Assembly (NCBI GenBank): GCA_963702425.1
Contig: CAVPCQ010000025.1
Location: 1 to 64,000, forward strand
Length of the DNA: 64,000 nucleotides
Direction of reading: 5' to 3'
DNA from: an uncultured Acidobacteriota bacterium
Lineage (GTDB): Bacteria; Acidobacteriota; Polarisedimenticolia; J045
Shown: positions 47,817 through 59,051 of the stretch, one piece after another
How positions within the stretch are numbered: the stretch's first letter is position 1
Layout of the letters: each line of letters opens with the position of its first letter
Program-made: the position numbers and the translations under genes
The notes under the pieces: generated by a model
What the model was told of the DNA's origin: nothing
Databases searched by the model: none
Seen by the model: the letters and a program-made list of their open reading frames with translations, nothing else

Positions 47817-50800
47817 CTACCGCCACTCCCCCGCCGCCACGAACGCCCCCCAGTAGAACGGGTGCGTAGACAGGCCCGCCCGGCGCCGCTCCTCGAGCGT
47901 GCGCAGGCTGGCCTGCCGCACCGCGTCCGCCGTCGTCGAGCCGTTCAGGCGCGCTTCGTACAGCGCCCGCATCCAGGCCCGCGAGGCCTCGTCCTGCACC
48001 GGCCACAGGCTCATGATCAGCGTCCCCGCTCCCGCCACCTCGAACGCTCGACGCAGGCCGAGTACGCCTTCGCCGTTCATCACCTGGCCGACGCCGGTGT
48101 TGCAGGCCGAGAGCACGACCCAGTCGACGCCGGAGAGGTCGAGCGACGCGATCTCCTCCGCGGTGAGGATGCCGTCCTCCTCGCCGGGGCCGGCGTCGTC
48201 GCGGTGGTTGGCGCCGGCCAGCGCGAGGCCGGAAGAGAGCAGGGGACTGGCCGTGCCGCCGGCGCTGAGACACTTCGGCTCGAGATAGAAGCCGTGGGTG
48301 GCGAGGTGGACGATGCTCCGGGACGGCGCGAGCTGCTTGAAGAGCGCTTCGTGGGCCGCCGGGCCGGTCAGCTCGAGCGCCGCGTCACGCGAACCCTCAT
48401 GCGCCGACCAGATCGCCGTCACCTCATCGGCCTCCAACTTCGAGGCAGGCAGCGCCTCGAAACGCAGCGAGCGGAAGTCCCCGCACGAGGCGCGTGGGCC
48501 GCGGTAGGTATCGGCGAGCGCGGAGGGAAGCGCCGCCGGCGCGCTCGCCCGGGCAAGCCGCAGGACCTCCGCGCCGCTCGCCGGCGCGCGGTCGAAGTCG
48601 GGGGCGCCGAGTGCGAGCAGCGTCGGCGTCCCGCCGCCGGCCGGTCCCGGCGGGCGCGCGAGGTCCCGCTCCGCCGAGAGCAACTGGATCACCGGACCAC
48701 GCTCGACGAGATAGCGCCCGTTCGGCGCCGGCAGCGTGGCCAGGTTGACGAGGTGGAGCGCGCCGTCGGGGACGACGAAGACCTGCTTCGCTCCGCCGAC
48801 GTGCCTTGCGAGCGGGTCCCAGACCGCGCGCCGCAGCGCCTCGCCGGCGCGTCGCGCGCGCTCGTCCGCGTCGCGCGCGGGCGCTTTGACCGCCGCTGGC
48901 TTCGCGGCCGCTTCCACGCGCCACGCCGCGACCAGCCGTTCGATCTCCTCCGCCGGGCCGAGCGGGACGGCGACCGGCTCGCTCGCCGCGCGCAGTACGA
49001 GCGCCGTGTACGTCCGGCGCGGAGCGCGCGCGACGCCGCCGGGGGCCGGCGGTGTCCGATCCCATGCCGAGGGGTCGTGGATCGCGTACGCCACCAGCGC
49101 CGCGCCCGCGGGAAGGGCGTCCTCGACGTCGCCCAGGCTGACGCCGCGCCACGCCTGCGCGCGCCGGAAGGCGGCGCTCTTCGCCGCCAGCGCGGCCTCG
49201 TCGCGCTCCTTCTCGTCACGCGCGGCGCGCAGCCGCTCGGCGTAGCGCTCCGGTGTGTCGGAGGCGATGCCCCGGACCGTCAGCCGGGCCAGCCGCGTCC
49301 GCGCCGCCTCGAACTGCGCCCGGAGTGCGGCGCTCTCGGCATCGCCGTCCCCGGCCGCGAGCCGGCGCCGGGACGCCATCTCGTCCAGCACGAGGGCCCG
49401 CGAGCGCACCAGCGCGTCCCAGGCTGCGCGCGTCCTCGCCGATGCCGGGTGCGCCACGGCGAGCGAGAGCGCGAGGTCCCAGCCCCACGGCGTCGCGGAG
49501 GAGAGCGTGAGCGCCTGCCGCTCGGGCAGCCCGCCGGCGTAGAGCGCGAACTGCTCGCGGCCGATCCGCGCCGCCGCGAGCACTGCGCGTTCGGCGCCCG
49601 CTACGTCGCCCGCGTCGGCGCGCACGGCCGCGAGACCGAACAGCGTGTTGAGGTGCGTGATCTCGAGCCCTGGCGTCCCGTCGAGGACGGCCTCGTTCGC
49701 CGCGTACAGCGCGGCCGCTTCCTCGCCGCGGCCCGAGAGGCGCAGGTTCCGCGCCAACTCGGTGTGGCACCAGAGCGCCTCGTGCTTGTCCGGGCCGAGG
49801 GCGCGATCGTAGATCGAGCAGGCCCGTTCCAGTCGGGTGCGGCCGGCATCGAGATCACCGAGATCCGTCAGGAGCGAGCCGTCAACGACGAGGGCCTGTG
49901 CGATGTTGGGATGATCGGGCGGGAGAAAGTGCTCCTGGATCGTGACGGAGCGGGTGACGAACGGGCGGGCCTCGGTGAACTTCCCCTCATTGAGCAACAG
50001 GTAGCCGAGCACGGAGAGCGCGGCGGCCGTCTCCTCGTGCATCGGCCCGAAGATGCGCTCGTGGAGCTCGAGCGCGCGACGTGCAGTGACCTCCGCTTCG
50101 GGCAGGTCGCCGACGTACTGCTGGGCTTCCGAAAGGACTCGTACCGTGATGGCGACCCACGGATGGTCGGGTCCCTGCGTTCGCTCGAGGATCGGGAGGG
50201 CTCGCTGGAGAGCCGCAAGCGCGCCAGCCGGGTCGCCCGCGCCGACGGCGGCCCACCCGAAGTTCACGAGCTGCCCCGCGAACTCGGGCGAGTCGGGTCC
50301 GAGAGCGGTTTCCATCGCCGCGATCGCTCGCTCGCGGTGGGCGAGGGAGGCGTCCTCGTCGCCTCGGCGCTTGAGGAGGCTGGCGTATCCTCCCCACGCA
50401 CGTGCCGTGAAGATGCTCTCCGGTCCTGGCGTCGACTCCAACACCGCCAGTGCCGACTGGTAGAGCTCGTCGGCCTCTTTGTAGCGTCCGAGGCGGTAGT
50501 AGGCCCACGCCAGCCCGGACTTCGCGCTGGCCGTTCTCGGATCGGCGTCGCCCAGGGCCGCGCGCCGGACCGCCAAGCTCCGCTCCGCCAAGCGCATCGC
50601 GTCTTCGACATCTCCCAGCTGCTCGACACCCCAGCACATCCGCAGCAGGCTGTCGGCGACCGCGAGGTCGTCCGGCCCAAGAGCGGCCTCGCGGATCTTG
50701 AGCGCCCTCTCGTGCAGCGCGCGGGCCGCGGCCAAGTCGCCGCCTTCACCCTCGATGATCGAAGCGAGGTTGTGCAGGCTGGCCGCAATGCGCGGGTCGT

Positions 50801-51140
50801 CCGGCCCGTAGGCTGTCTCGTGGATGTGCAGGGCGCGCTCTGCCAACTGCCGCGTGGCGGGATCGCGCGAGCCGCTGCAGTTGCAGAGCACCTCGACCAG
50901 CAGGTCGATCGCGTCGGCGGCTTCGACCGAGTCGGGTCCGGGGTTCGCTTCGGCGGCCCTTAGCCATTCGCGGGCGACGGGTACGGCTTCGCGATATCGA
51001 CCCTGCTCGACGAGAGCGCGGGCGGTGGACGGTTTGCGGGCAGACCCGGGGCGCGCGACTTCGCCCGGGCCGGCGCGACCGGCTCCCTCCGCTGTCGCGA
51101 ACAGGCCGAGGCAGATGATCAGAGTCATCGGAGTCCGCAT
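47817..51140 (-). CDS. Exported TPR-CHAT (caspase/separase-like) protease, paralog A
   Basis: Start MRTPMTLIICLGLFATAEGA; about 10 TPRs (LGPDHP type); IVHLATHGF (His), VVLSACNTG (Cys), MSLWPV, HPFYWGAF. Confidence 0.92.
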   Translation of the reverse strand: MRTPMTLIICLGLFATAEGAGRAGPGEVARPGSARKPSTARALVEQGRYREAVPVAREWLRAAEANPGPDSVEAADAIDLLVEVLCNCSGSRDPATRQLAERALHIHETAYGPDDPRIAASLHNLASIIEGEGGDLAAARALHERALKIREAALGPDDLAVADSLLRMCWGVEQLGDVEDAMRLAERSLAVRRAALGDADPRTASAKSGLAWAYYRLGRYKEADELYQSALAVLESTPGPESIFTARAWGGYASLLKRRGDEDASLAHRERAIAAMETALGPDSPEFAGQLVNFGWAAVGAGDPAGALAALQRALPILERTQGPDHPWVAITVRVLSEAQQYVGDLPEAEVTARRALELHERIFGPMHEETAAALSVLGYLLLNEGKFTEARPFVTRSVTIQEHFLPPDHPNIAQALVVDGSLLTDLGDLDAGRTRLERACSIYDRALGPDKHEALWCHTELARNLRLSGRGEEAAALYAANEAVLDGTPGLEITHLNTLFGLAAVRADAGDVAGAERAVLAAARIGREQFALYAGGLPERQALTLSSATPWGWDLALSLAVAHPASARTRAAWDALVRSRALVLDEMASRRRLAAGDGDAESAALRAQFEAARTRLARLTVRGIASDTPERYAERLRAARDEKERDEAALAAKSAAFRRAQAWRGVSLGDVEDALPAGAALVAYAIHDPSAWDRTPPAPGGVARAPRRTYTALVLRAASEPVAVPLGPAEEIERLVAAWRVEAAAKPAAVKAPARDADERARRAGEALRRAVWDPLARHVGGAKQVFVVPDGALHLVNLATLPAPNGRYLVERGPVIQLLSAERDLARPPGPAGGGTPTLLALGAPDFDRAPASGAEVLRLARASAPAALPSALADTYRGPRASCGDFRSLRFEALPASKLEADEVTAIWSAHEGSRDAALELTGPAAHEALFKQLAPSRSIVHLATHGFYLEPKCLSAGGTASPLLSSGLALAGANHRDDAGPGEEDGILTAEEIASLDLSGVDWVVLSACNTGVGQVMNGEGVLGLRRAFEVAGAGTLIMSLWPVQDEASRAWMRALYEARLNGSTTADAVRQASLRTLEERRRAGLSTHPFYWGAFVAAGEWR

Positions 51141-51147
51141 ACGCTTC

Positions 51148-54100
51148 CTACCGCCACTCCCCCGCCGCCACGAACGCCCCCCAGTAGAACGGGTGCGTCG
51201 ACAGCCCCGCCCGGCGCCGCTCCTCGAGCGTGCGCAGGCTGGCCTGCCGCACCGCATCCGCGGTCGTCGAGCCGTTCAGTCGCGCCTCGTAGAGCGCCCG
51301 CATCCAGGCCCGCGAGGCCTCGTCCTGCACCGGCCACAGGCTCATGATCAGCGTCCCCGCTCCCGCCATTTCGAACGCTCGACGCAGGCCGAGGACGCCC
51401 TCGCCGTTCGTCGGCTGACCGACGCCGGTGCTGCACGCCGAGAGCACGACCCAGTCGACGCCGGTGAGGTCGAGCGACGCGATCTCCTCCGCGGTGAGGA
51501 TGCCGTCCTCCTCGTCCGGCCCGGCGTCGTCGCGGTGATTGGCGCCGGCCAGCGCGAGGCCGGAGGAGAGCAGGGGACTGGCCGAAGCGCCGGCTTCGAG
51601 GCACTTCGGCTCGAGGAAGAAGCCGTGCGTCGCAAGGTGGACGATGCGGTTCTTCGGGGCCAGTTCCTTGAAGAGCGCCTCGTGGGCGGTCGGCCCCGTC
51701 AGCTCGAGCGCCGATCGCGTGGACCGCGCGTCCGAGCTCCACAGCGCGGCGACCTGGTCGACCTCCGTGCGCGACGCGGGGAGCGCCTCGAACTTGAGCG
51801 AGCGGAAGCTCTCGCAGGCCGAGCGAGGACCGCGGTAGACCGAAGTGGACGCCGGCGCGATCAGCGTCGGGACCGCGGCCTGCGCCAGCCTCACGACCTC
51901 CTCCGTCCCCGTGGGCGCACGGTCGAAATCGGCGCCCCCGAACGCGATCAGCGTCGAGGAGCCCAGGCCGAGGGCGCCTCCCGCACCAGGTCGCGCTCGG
52001 TCGACAGGTAGTGGATCAGCGGTCCCGTCTCGACGAGGTAACGGCCGGCCGACGTCGGCAGGGCGGCGACGTTGACGAAGTGCAACGGTCCGTCCGGCAC
52101 GACGAAGGTGCGCTTCGCCCCGGCGAGGTATTTCACGACCGGATCCCACACGATGCGGCGGAGTTGTTCTCCCGCGGCGCGGTAGCGATCCTCGGCGGCC
52201 CGCTCCGTAGTCCGCACCGCGGGCGGTTTGGCCCCCGCTTGCTCGCGCCACGCCGGCGACGAGTGGGTCGATGCGCGCGGCCGGTCCGAGCGGAACGACG
52301 ACCGGTGGCGCGCCCGACGCCAGCACGAACGCCACCAGTTGCCACGGGATCTGCCCCATCGTCCCGCCGACGGCCCAGGGGATCGGCTCCAGGGCCTGGG
52401 GATCGTAGACGGCGTAGGCGACCAGCGCGGCGTCGGGAGGGAGCGCGCGCGCGACGTCCTCGTAGCCGATCCGCAGGTGCGGCGCCTCGAGCGCCACCTC
52501 ACCGGCCGCGTCCGAGCCCGCGAGCGCGCTCTCGATCCGCTCCTTCTCGCCGCGGGCGGCCTCGAGACGCACGGCGTACTGCTCGGGCGTGTCGGCGCCC
52601 GGGCCGCGGACCGTCATCCGCGCCAGCGTTTCCCGCGCGGCCACGAGCTGGGCCGCCAGCGACGCCGTGGCCGGGTCCATCGGTCGGGACGCCATCCGGT
52701 GGCGCGCGGCGAACTGGTCGAGGACCAGCGCGCGCGCGTGAACGAACGTGTCCCAGACCAGGGCGACCCGCTCCGGATTGGGGTCGCGGAGCAGGATCGT
52801 CAGCGTGCGGTCGGGGCCGCGGATGTTGCCCGACACAGCCAGGGCCTGCCGCTCCGGGAGCGCGCTGGCGAACAGCGAGACCTGCTCGCGGCGGATCTGC
52901 TCGGCGTCGAGCGTGCAGTCCAGCGCGCCGGGGAAGTCGCCGAGGTCCTTGAGCAGCGCCGCCTTCTCGATCAGCGCCGTCAAATAGTCCATTCGACTGC
53001 CGACGCGCTGAAGCCGCGGCAGGTAGTCTTCCGTGATGGCCAGGGCTTCCGCCCCGCGGCCGGCGAGCCGCAGGTTGTGCGCCAGCTTGAGATGCGCGTC
53101 GACGGAGGTCAGGTGGTCCGGCCCGAGGAGCTGGTCCAGCAGCGCCGCCGCGCGCTCGATGGTCGCGCGGCCGGCGTCCAGCTCGCCCAGCTCGGTCAGG
53201 AGCCAGCCGTAACCGAGGAGACAGCCGGCGTAGTTGCTGTGCCCGGGTCCTTCCGTCTTCTCGCGAATCGCCAGGGCCCGCTCCTTGAGCGGCCTGGCGG
53301 CGCCCAGCTTCCCCTGCCAGACCGACACGCTGGCGACCGTCTCGAGGGCCGTCGCCGTCTCCGGGTGATCGGGGCCGAAGGCGCGCTCGTGCAGACGCAG
53401 TGCTTCTTCGGCCATCACCTTTGCTCCGGGCACATCGCCGGACTCGCTCAGTTCCTCCGCGAGCAGGCGGGTCGCGATCGCGACGAACGGGTGCTCCGGC
53501 GAGAAGGCCGCCCGGAAGATCTCGAGACTGCGCCGGGTCGGGGCGAGGGCGCGGACCGGGTCGCCCGCCGCGAGCGCGGTGTACCCGAGGTTGACGAGGG
53601 CGACGCCCAGCGACTGCGACGCCGGGCCCGTCGCGGCCTCGGCGACGGGGATCGACCGCTCCCGCAGCGCGAGGGCCGCATCCAGGTCGCCGCGGCGCTG
53701 GAGCACGCTCGCGTAGCCTTGCATCGCATCGAACGTGAAGTAGCTGTCGGGCCCCGCGGTCCGCTCGAGGACGTCGAGGGACTGCCGGAAGAGCGACTCC
53801 GCTTCTGGGTACTGGCCCGCGAAGTAGGCAAGCCAGGCAAGCCAGGAGACGCTGAACGCCGTCAGGGGGTGTTCCGGTCCGTAGGAGCGCAGCCGGATGT
53901 CGTGGACCCGCTCGGCCAGCGCTTGCGCGCGCGGCCGGTCACCTGCCGTCCTGGCGGCCTCGACCGGCAGCGCGAGGCTGGTCGCGACGTCGGGGTGATC
54001 GGGGCCCAAGGCACTCTCGCGAAGCGCCAGCGCGCGCCGCAGGAGCGCATAGGAGCAGTCGCGGTCCCCGGCCCCGAGGTTCTGGACCATGCCGAGGTTC

Positions 54101-54459
54101 TGCAGGCTCGCGGCGATGCGCACGTCGTCCGGTCCGAACAGCGCCTCGTGGATCCGCACCGACCGGTCGGCGAGTTCCTGCGTCTCGGGCTGGCTCGTCT
54201 TCCCGACCATGACGAGCGACGCGACGAGCAGGTCGATCGCGTCGGCGGCTTCGGCGGAGTCGGGCCCCCAGCGTGCCTCGGCCGCGCAGAGCAGTTCGCG
54301 AGCCGAGGACTCGGCGAGGAGGAACCTGCCGCTGTCGACGAGGGCGCGGGTCGGGGCGGGATCGGTGTTGCTGCAGGGGAGGTCCGCGGCGTGTACGGAA
54401 CCCCCCACCGCAATGAGAGCGGCCAGCCACAAGACCGTGCCCGCTCCCCATCGGAGCAT
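51148..54459 (-). CDS. Exported TPR-CHAT protease, paralog B; compensating frameshift pair at about 52255 and 51975
   Basis: Start MLRWGAGTVLWLAALIAVGGSVHA; TPRs; IVHLATHGF, VVLSACSTG. The expected segment LRRIVWDP..FVVPDGPLH is in ORF 51948..52502. Confidence 0.9.
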   Translation of the reverse strand: MLRWGAGTVLWLAALIAVGGSVHAADLPCSNTDPAPTRALVDSGRFLLAESSARELLCAAEARWGPDSAEAADAIDLLVASLVMVGKTSQPETQELADRSVRIHEALFGPDDVRIAASLQNLGMVQNLGAGDRDCSYALLRRALALRESALGPDHPDVATSLALPVEAARTAGDRPRAQALAERVHDIRLRSYGPEHPLTAFSVSWLAWLAYFAGQYPEAESLFRQSLDVLERTAGPDSYFTFDAMQGYASVLQRRGDLDAALALRERSIPVAEAATGPASQSLGVALVNLGYTALAAGDPVRALAPTRRSLEIFRAAFSPEHPFVAIATRLLAEELSESGDVPGAKVMAEEALRLHERAFGPDHPETATALETVASVSVWQGKLGAARPLKERALAIREKTEGPGHSNYAGCLLGYGWLLTELGELDAGRATIERAAALLDQLLGPDHLTSVDAHLKLAHNLRLAGRGAEALAITEDYLPRLQRVGSRMDYLTALIEKAALLKDLGDFPGALDCTLDAEQIRREQVSLFASALPERQALAVSGNIRGPDRTLTILLRDPNPERVALVWDTFVHARALVLDQFAARHRMASRPMDPATASLAAQLVAARETLARMTVRGPGADTPEQYAVRLEAARGEKERIESALAGSDAAGEVALEAPHLRIGYEDVARALPPDAALVAYAVYDPQALEPIPWAVGGTMGQIPWQLVAFVLASGAPPVVVPLGPAARIDPLVAGVARASGGQTARGADYGAGRRGSLPRRGRTTPPHRVGSGREIPRRGEAHLRRAGRTVALRQRRRPADVGRPLPRRDGTADPLPVDRARPGAGGALGLGSSTLIAFGGADFDRAPTGTEEVVRLAQAAVPTLIAPASTSVYRGPRSACESFRSLKFEALPASRTEVDQVAALWSSDARSTRSALELTGPTAHEALFKELAPKNRIVHLATHGFFLEPKCLEAGASASPLLSSGLALAGANHRDDAGPDEEDGILTAEEIASLDLTGVDWVVLSACSTGVGQPTNGEGVLGLRRAFEMAGAGTLIMSLWPVQDEASRAWMRALYEARLNGSTTADAVRQASLRTLEERRRAGLSTHPFYWGAFVAAGEWR

Positions 54460-54550
54460 CGGCCTGCCTCCCGGGGACGCCCGCGGCCGCGCCGGCGGCC
54501 GCGGGCGTCCTGACCGGATCATACGCCGATGCGGGTCGTCCGGCGGCGGG

Positions 54551-57500
54551 TTACGGCGTCGGCTCGTCGCCGCTCGTGCCGGCGGCGTTGACGGCGATGA
54601 CCAGGTAGTACTCGTTGAACGGCAGCGGCGAGCGCACCAGCGAGGTGCCGGCGGTCGTCCTCTCGACGGCGAAGTCCGAGAGCGGCTGGTTCGAGACCCA
54701 GACCTGGTAGTAGGCCGCGCCGTCGTGGGAGGCGTCGATCGGTGGCGGCGCCCAGTTCACGTCCACGCTGGAGGCGGACCGGGTGACCATCAGCGAGGAC
54801 TCGACGGCGTTCGGCGGGTGCGTGATGCCGAGGGCCGCGCAGACCTGGCGTTCGCCGATGACCTTCACGTTGTCGAAGCCCATCTCGACGATGTTGTCCG
54901 ATCCCAGGTCGCAGGCCTCCATGTGATCCGGTTGTCGGCGATGAGCGGGGTCAGCGGGGTCAGGTCCTTCTCGACTGTCACCCAGCCGCTCGTCATGTCG
55001 TACCGCGTGATCAGCTGCGTGGCGGGCGTACTGTCGGCCGTCACCGTGTACCACTGTGCATAGTCGTCCTGGGACTGGCTCGGTGAGTTCTGTAGAGCCA
55101 GAGGTCGAAATAGTAGACGACGCGCTTGTAGCCGGTGTAGTCCATGCTCGGCGAAGAGACGATGGGCAGATGAAGCCGACGGTGTCGACGTCGTTGGCGT
55201 TGGGACTGCCTCCGGGCGCTCCATTCTCTGTGACGTAGCACTTCGACCCCGCGTCGTTGGGGCTGTCGATCGCCGGGTTCGCCTGGCGGGTTCCGTCGAT
55301 CGTCCCCACCGGAACGCCGCGCTGCCAGATACCGCGACCGGCAGTTCCGGCCACCTTCGTCCAGCCCTTGTCCGTTTCGAACCTGTCCGCGAAGATCGTC
55401 TGCGGTCTGCGTGCTGCCGAAGTCGACCGTCCACGGTGAGAGGGCGCGCGTCCCGGCCTCGTCCACGATGTCGAGGTCGAACGTGAGCGTGTCGAGGCAG
55501 GTGCGGTCCGCCGGCGCCGTCACGGTGAATCCCGGCCCCGCGGAGGTCGCCGAGCCGCCGGGCGCGATGTCCGGGAACGTGGCGCCGTCTTCGTGCACGA
55601 GCAGCCCCGCGTCCCGCTCCGCAGCGTGGCGACCGGCGCCCGGGCGGTCACGGTCCCGTCGTTGGTGAGCGTGGCGGTCAGGCGCGCGGACTCTCCCGGC
55701 TCGAGCACGCCGTTCCCGTTGCCCCAGCCGGGCTGCGTGTCGTCGACCGTGACGCCGGTCACGCGCAGCGCCGAGCGGCCGCAGACGGTCGCGCGCTCGA
55801 TGCGGACGTTGTCGATCCCGTACTCGGCGAGCAGGTAATGCGGGAAGCGTGACGAAGCGGATCGACATCGTGCTGGTGGGAGTGAGGTAGTCTGCGAGGT
55901 CGATCTCGCCGCGCTGCCAGCTCGGACGCGCGTCCGTGTCGAAAATCTGCACGAGCGTCGAGTACAGCGAGCTCAGGTGAACGGTCTGGCTCGTGATGCC
56001 GTTGTGGATCTCGAGGCTGAAGCCAGCCGCGATGAGCCCAGTAGTCGAACGAGACGATCGTCGCCCCGCCGGTCCCGTCCCAGGTGGGCGAGATCAGGCT
56101 GACCGCCGCGTCGTTGTCGTAGGCCGCGATCGACGCGCCGCTGGGCCGTCGCCGGTGACCCACGCCATGGTGCCGCTCGACGCCGCGGGCGGCGCGAACC
56201 AGAAGCCTTGGTAGCGCGTCCCGCGCGGCGCGGCGAGCACCCAACCGCCGGTCGCGTCGCCCGTATTGTCCGTCGTCCAGCCCGCGGCACCCGACTCGAA
56301 GTCCCAGGACTGGACCGCCGTGCGGCCGAGCGTCGGCACGCGCGGGAACCAGCGGACCACCTGGGACGACCCGCGATCGTGGGCGTCGACCGGATCGTCG
56401 AGCGTGCCGTGCTGTGCGAGCACGAGGTAGTAGTAGGTAGACTGCTCTGGTAGTAGGCGTGGCCGCCTGCGGCGGCGTGTCCTGGAACGTGGTCCCGGTC
56501 GTGCGGCCGACGAGCAGCCGCTCGAACGGCTCGAAGCCGGATTCCGGGGCGCGGTAGACGTTGTAGACGATCGGCGTGCTCGACCCCGGACATCCCGGAA
56601 TCGCGGGGGACCAGGAGAGCGTCAGCGCGCAGGAGGGGTCGCCGTCGGCGACCGTGAGCTGCGGGTCGAAGATCGGGAGGCGCTGCAGGTGCCCGTCGCC
56701 GTGGCGTCGGCCGTGCCCGAGGCGCCGCTGCGGCAGTACGTGCCGCCGGAACCGAGGGCGACGAGGTAGTAGCGGTAGCTCCGGCCGCCGAGCGGCGTTC
56801 AGTCGATGTAGCTGGTCGTGTTCGTGGTATACGCGATCCGCTGCGCCAGGTCGAGCGGGTTGTAGAGATCGTCGCGCCAGATCTCGACGGCGGCGGCCCC
56901 GGGCGCGCTGTAGCTCAGCGTATCGCGTTCTCGCCCTCGGGCGCGGCGAGGTAAGCGTCGGCGCGGCGGGGGCGGTGCAGGCATGCGCCGCGGGAACGAC
57001 GAACCCCGCGTGGGGCGCGGTGTCCGCGTCTCCGGTCGTCGAGGCGTCCTGGCCCATGCCACGCTTCGCGAACACGTTCCAGATCACCTTGTGATGCGCC
57101 GAGCCATAGAGCGCCGTGTCGGCTTGAGCAGCGCGTCGCGGGCGACGAGGAAGGTCGGCGTGCAGGCCGCGCTCTTCATCCCCTGGACGACGAGATGCTC
57201 GAACGTGTCCCGACCCGCGGACGGCTCGAGGGCGAGCAGCGACTCGCGGAGGTCCCACAGGGCTCCGGCCCAGATCATCCCGTCGCCGTGGACCTCGCAG
57301 CCCTGGTTCGCGACCTTGCAGAAGTCGGCATAGGTCAGGTTGTGGAGCGCGCTCCGGCGTAGCCCGGCGTCCGAAGCCGAGGCCCCCGATCCCGTTGAGC
57401 TCATGAAGGAGTGGCCATCCCGTCGCCCCAACCCTCTGCGATGGCCCCCGACTGGGTTCCGCGGAGGCAGTCGTGCTCGTTCCGCCCCCGACCAGGCGCG

Positions 57501-58921
57501 TGCTGACGCCGTGGGTGTACTCGTGGTAGGTGGCGCTTCTGTCGTAGGCGCCGGCGCGCTCGCTGTCGCTCCCGGCGTAGCCGTCGTGGTCGTCGCAGTA
57601 GCAGACAGTCCCACCATTCCAGACCGATCGTGGCGCTGCCCCCGTCGACCAACAGGTCGAGAACCACGCCTCGTCGCGCGGCGTACCGCCCGCCATGACC
57701 ACCTTCATCGGATCCCCGCCGACCCCGCCCTTCCCGAAGTTGTCCTGCTGGTAGTTCCCCGACGCCTCGTCGAAGCCGAGGTCGTAGAAGCGGTCGTGCG
57801 CGTCGTTGACCACCCACCAGGCGTTGACGAGCGCGGATTCCGGCGTGTTGAACGGGTAGTCGTAGATCCCGGTCGGCTCGGCGAGGGCCGGCTCGGTGGC
57901 CCAGCGCAGGTGGCCGGTCGCGTTGTTGCCGCGAGCGTCGTGGCGGGAGCGGCGATCCAGTTGCCGACCGATTGGCCCGCCGCCGCCGGGATCGGGAGCC
58001 GGTCGTAGAAGTCGGGGGCGTACTCCTCGACCACGGGAATGGGCAGCGGCGTGTTGATCACTCTCGCCTCGGCGTAGAGCGTCAGGTTCTGGCGGTAGAG
58101 GAACGACCCGTCTGCCGCGTCGACGAGCACCAGGTAGTCGGTGTAGAGGTTCGGCTCGCCGATCCGCGTCTCCCAGGCGAGCCGCGCGCCGTCCTGCGTC
58201 GGGAAGACCACCAGCCGCGCCTCGATCGGCCGCGCGAACTCCGCGCGGTCGAAGACCGTCCGCTGGTCCACGCCGTCCGACGCCTCCACCTGGACACCGG
58301 TGAAGACGCGGTCGGGGTAGGCGTCCCGCGCCGCGCGGGCGACGGCCTCGACGGCGCTGACCGTCGGCGCGACGCGCAGGTCGAGCTGGCCGTAGAGGCT
58401 GCCGCCGGCACTGATGGCCGCGTTGTCCGGCCCGAGGGTGACGCTGATGACGGCGCCGAAGACGTCGAGCCCGGCGACCGTCTGCGCGAAGTGGACGTGC
58501 GACCAGCCGTTCGCGCCGGGGATGGTCGAGGCATGGCGCAGCCGGTCGACCTCGCGCGGTGTCAGGCCGAACAGGCTCGCGTTGGCGCGCAGGAAGGCGC
58601 GCGCGGCATCCTCCGGTGTCCCGGGGAACGGAGCCGAGAGCGCCTGGCCCGGAGGCGCGGCGATCCACGCCGGCGACCCCGACATCCCGTCCCAGTACAA
58701 GGTGAGATCGGGGATCGCGGCGCGCAGGGCGTCGCCGGACGCAGCTGGGCCGGCGTGGGCGCGCGCATGACCCAGCCCGCGCGCGCGGCGTCGGTCGCCG
58801 GCAGGCGGACGTCGAGCGCCGGCTTCTCGACGGTCCCGCCGGGCTGGAAGGCGAACGCCGGGATCAGCGGAGCGAGCATGGCCAGGGCCACGAGCGCGAT
58901 GCGAGACGAGCGCAGCATCAT
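54551..58921 (-). CDS. Secreted M36 (fungalysin-like) metallopeptidase with FTP/PepSY propeptide, FN3 and MAM-like domains; many apparent frameshifts
   Basis: Signal MMLRSSRIALVALAML; HVHFAQTVAGLDVFG; FYDLGFDEASGNYQQDNFGKGG; YHEYTHGVSTRL (57511-57525); AIAEGWGD; EVHGDGMIWAGALWD; WNVFAKRGMG; C-terminus YYLVIAVNAAGTSGDEP. Confidence 0.85.
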
Positions 58922-59051
58922 CGGAACCTCCCCCTCGGCGTGGAGCCGCGGCGGCCGCCGCGGAGCGCACCGTGTACTGGACTTGTCGCGGAAAGGGGCG
59001 GTGTGTCACCGCCCCCGGCGGAACGAGGCGCCAGAACGCGGGGCGTGCGGC

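Noticed and set aside
47742-50963. Long antisense ORFs (this 1073-aa one and many similar Arg/Pro/Ala-rich ORFs)
   Set aside because: Shadow frames expected in very GC-rich DNA; no motifs, and each overlaps a well-supported gene.
47817-54459. CHAT proteases as part of a type III-E CRISPR (Craspase) system
   Set aside because: No Cas7-11, Csx30/31 or array in the window, and the proteins appear to be exported.
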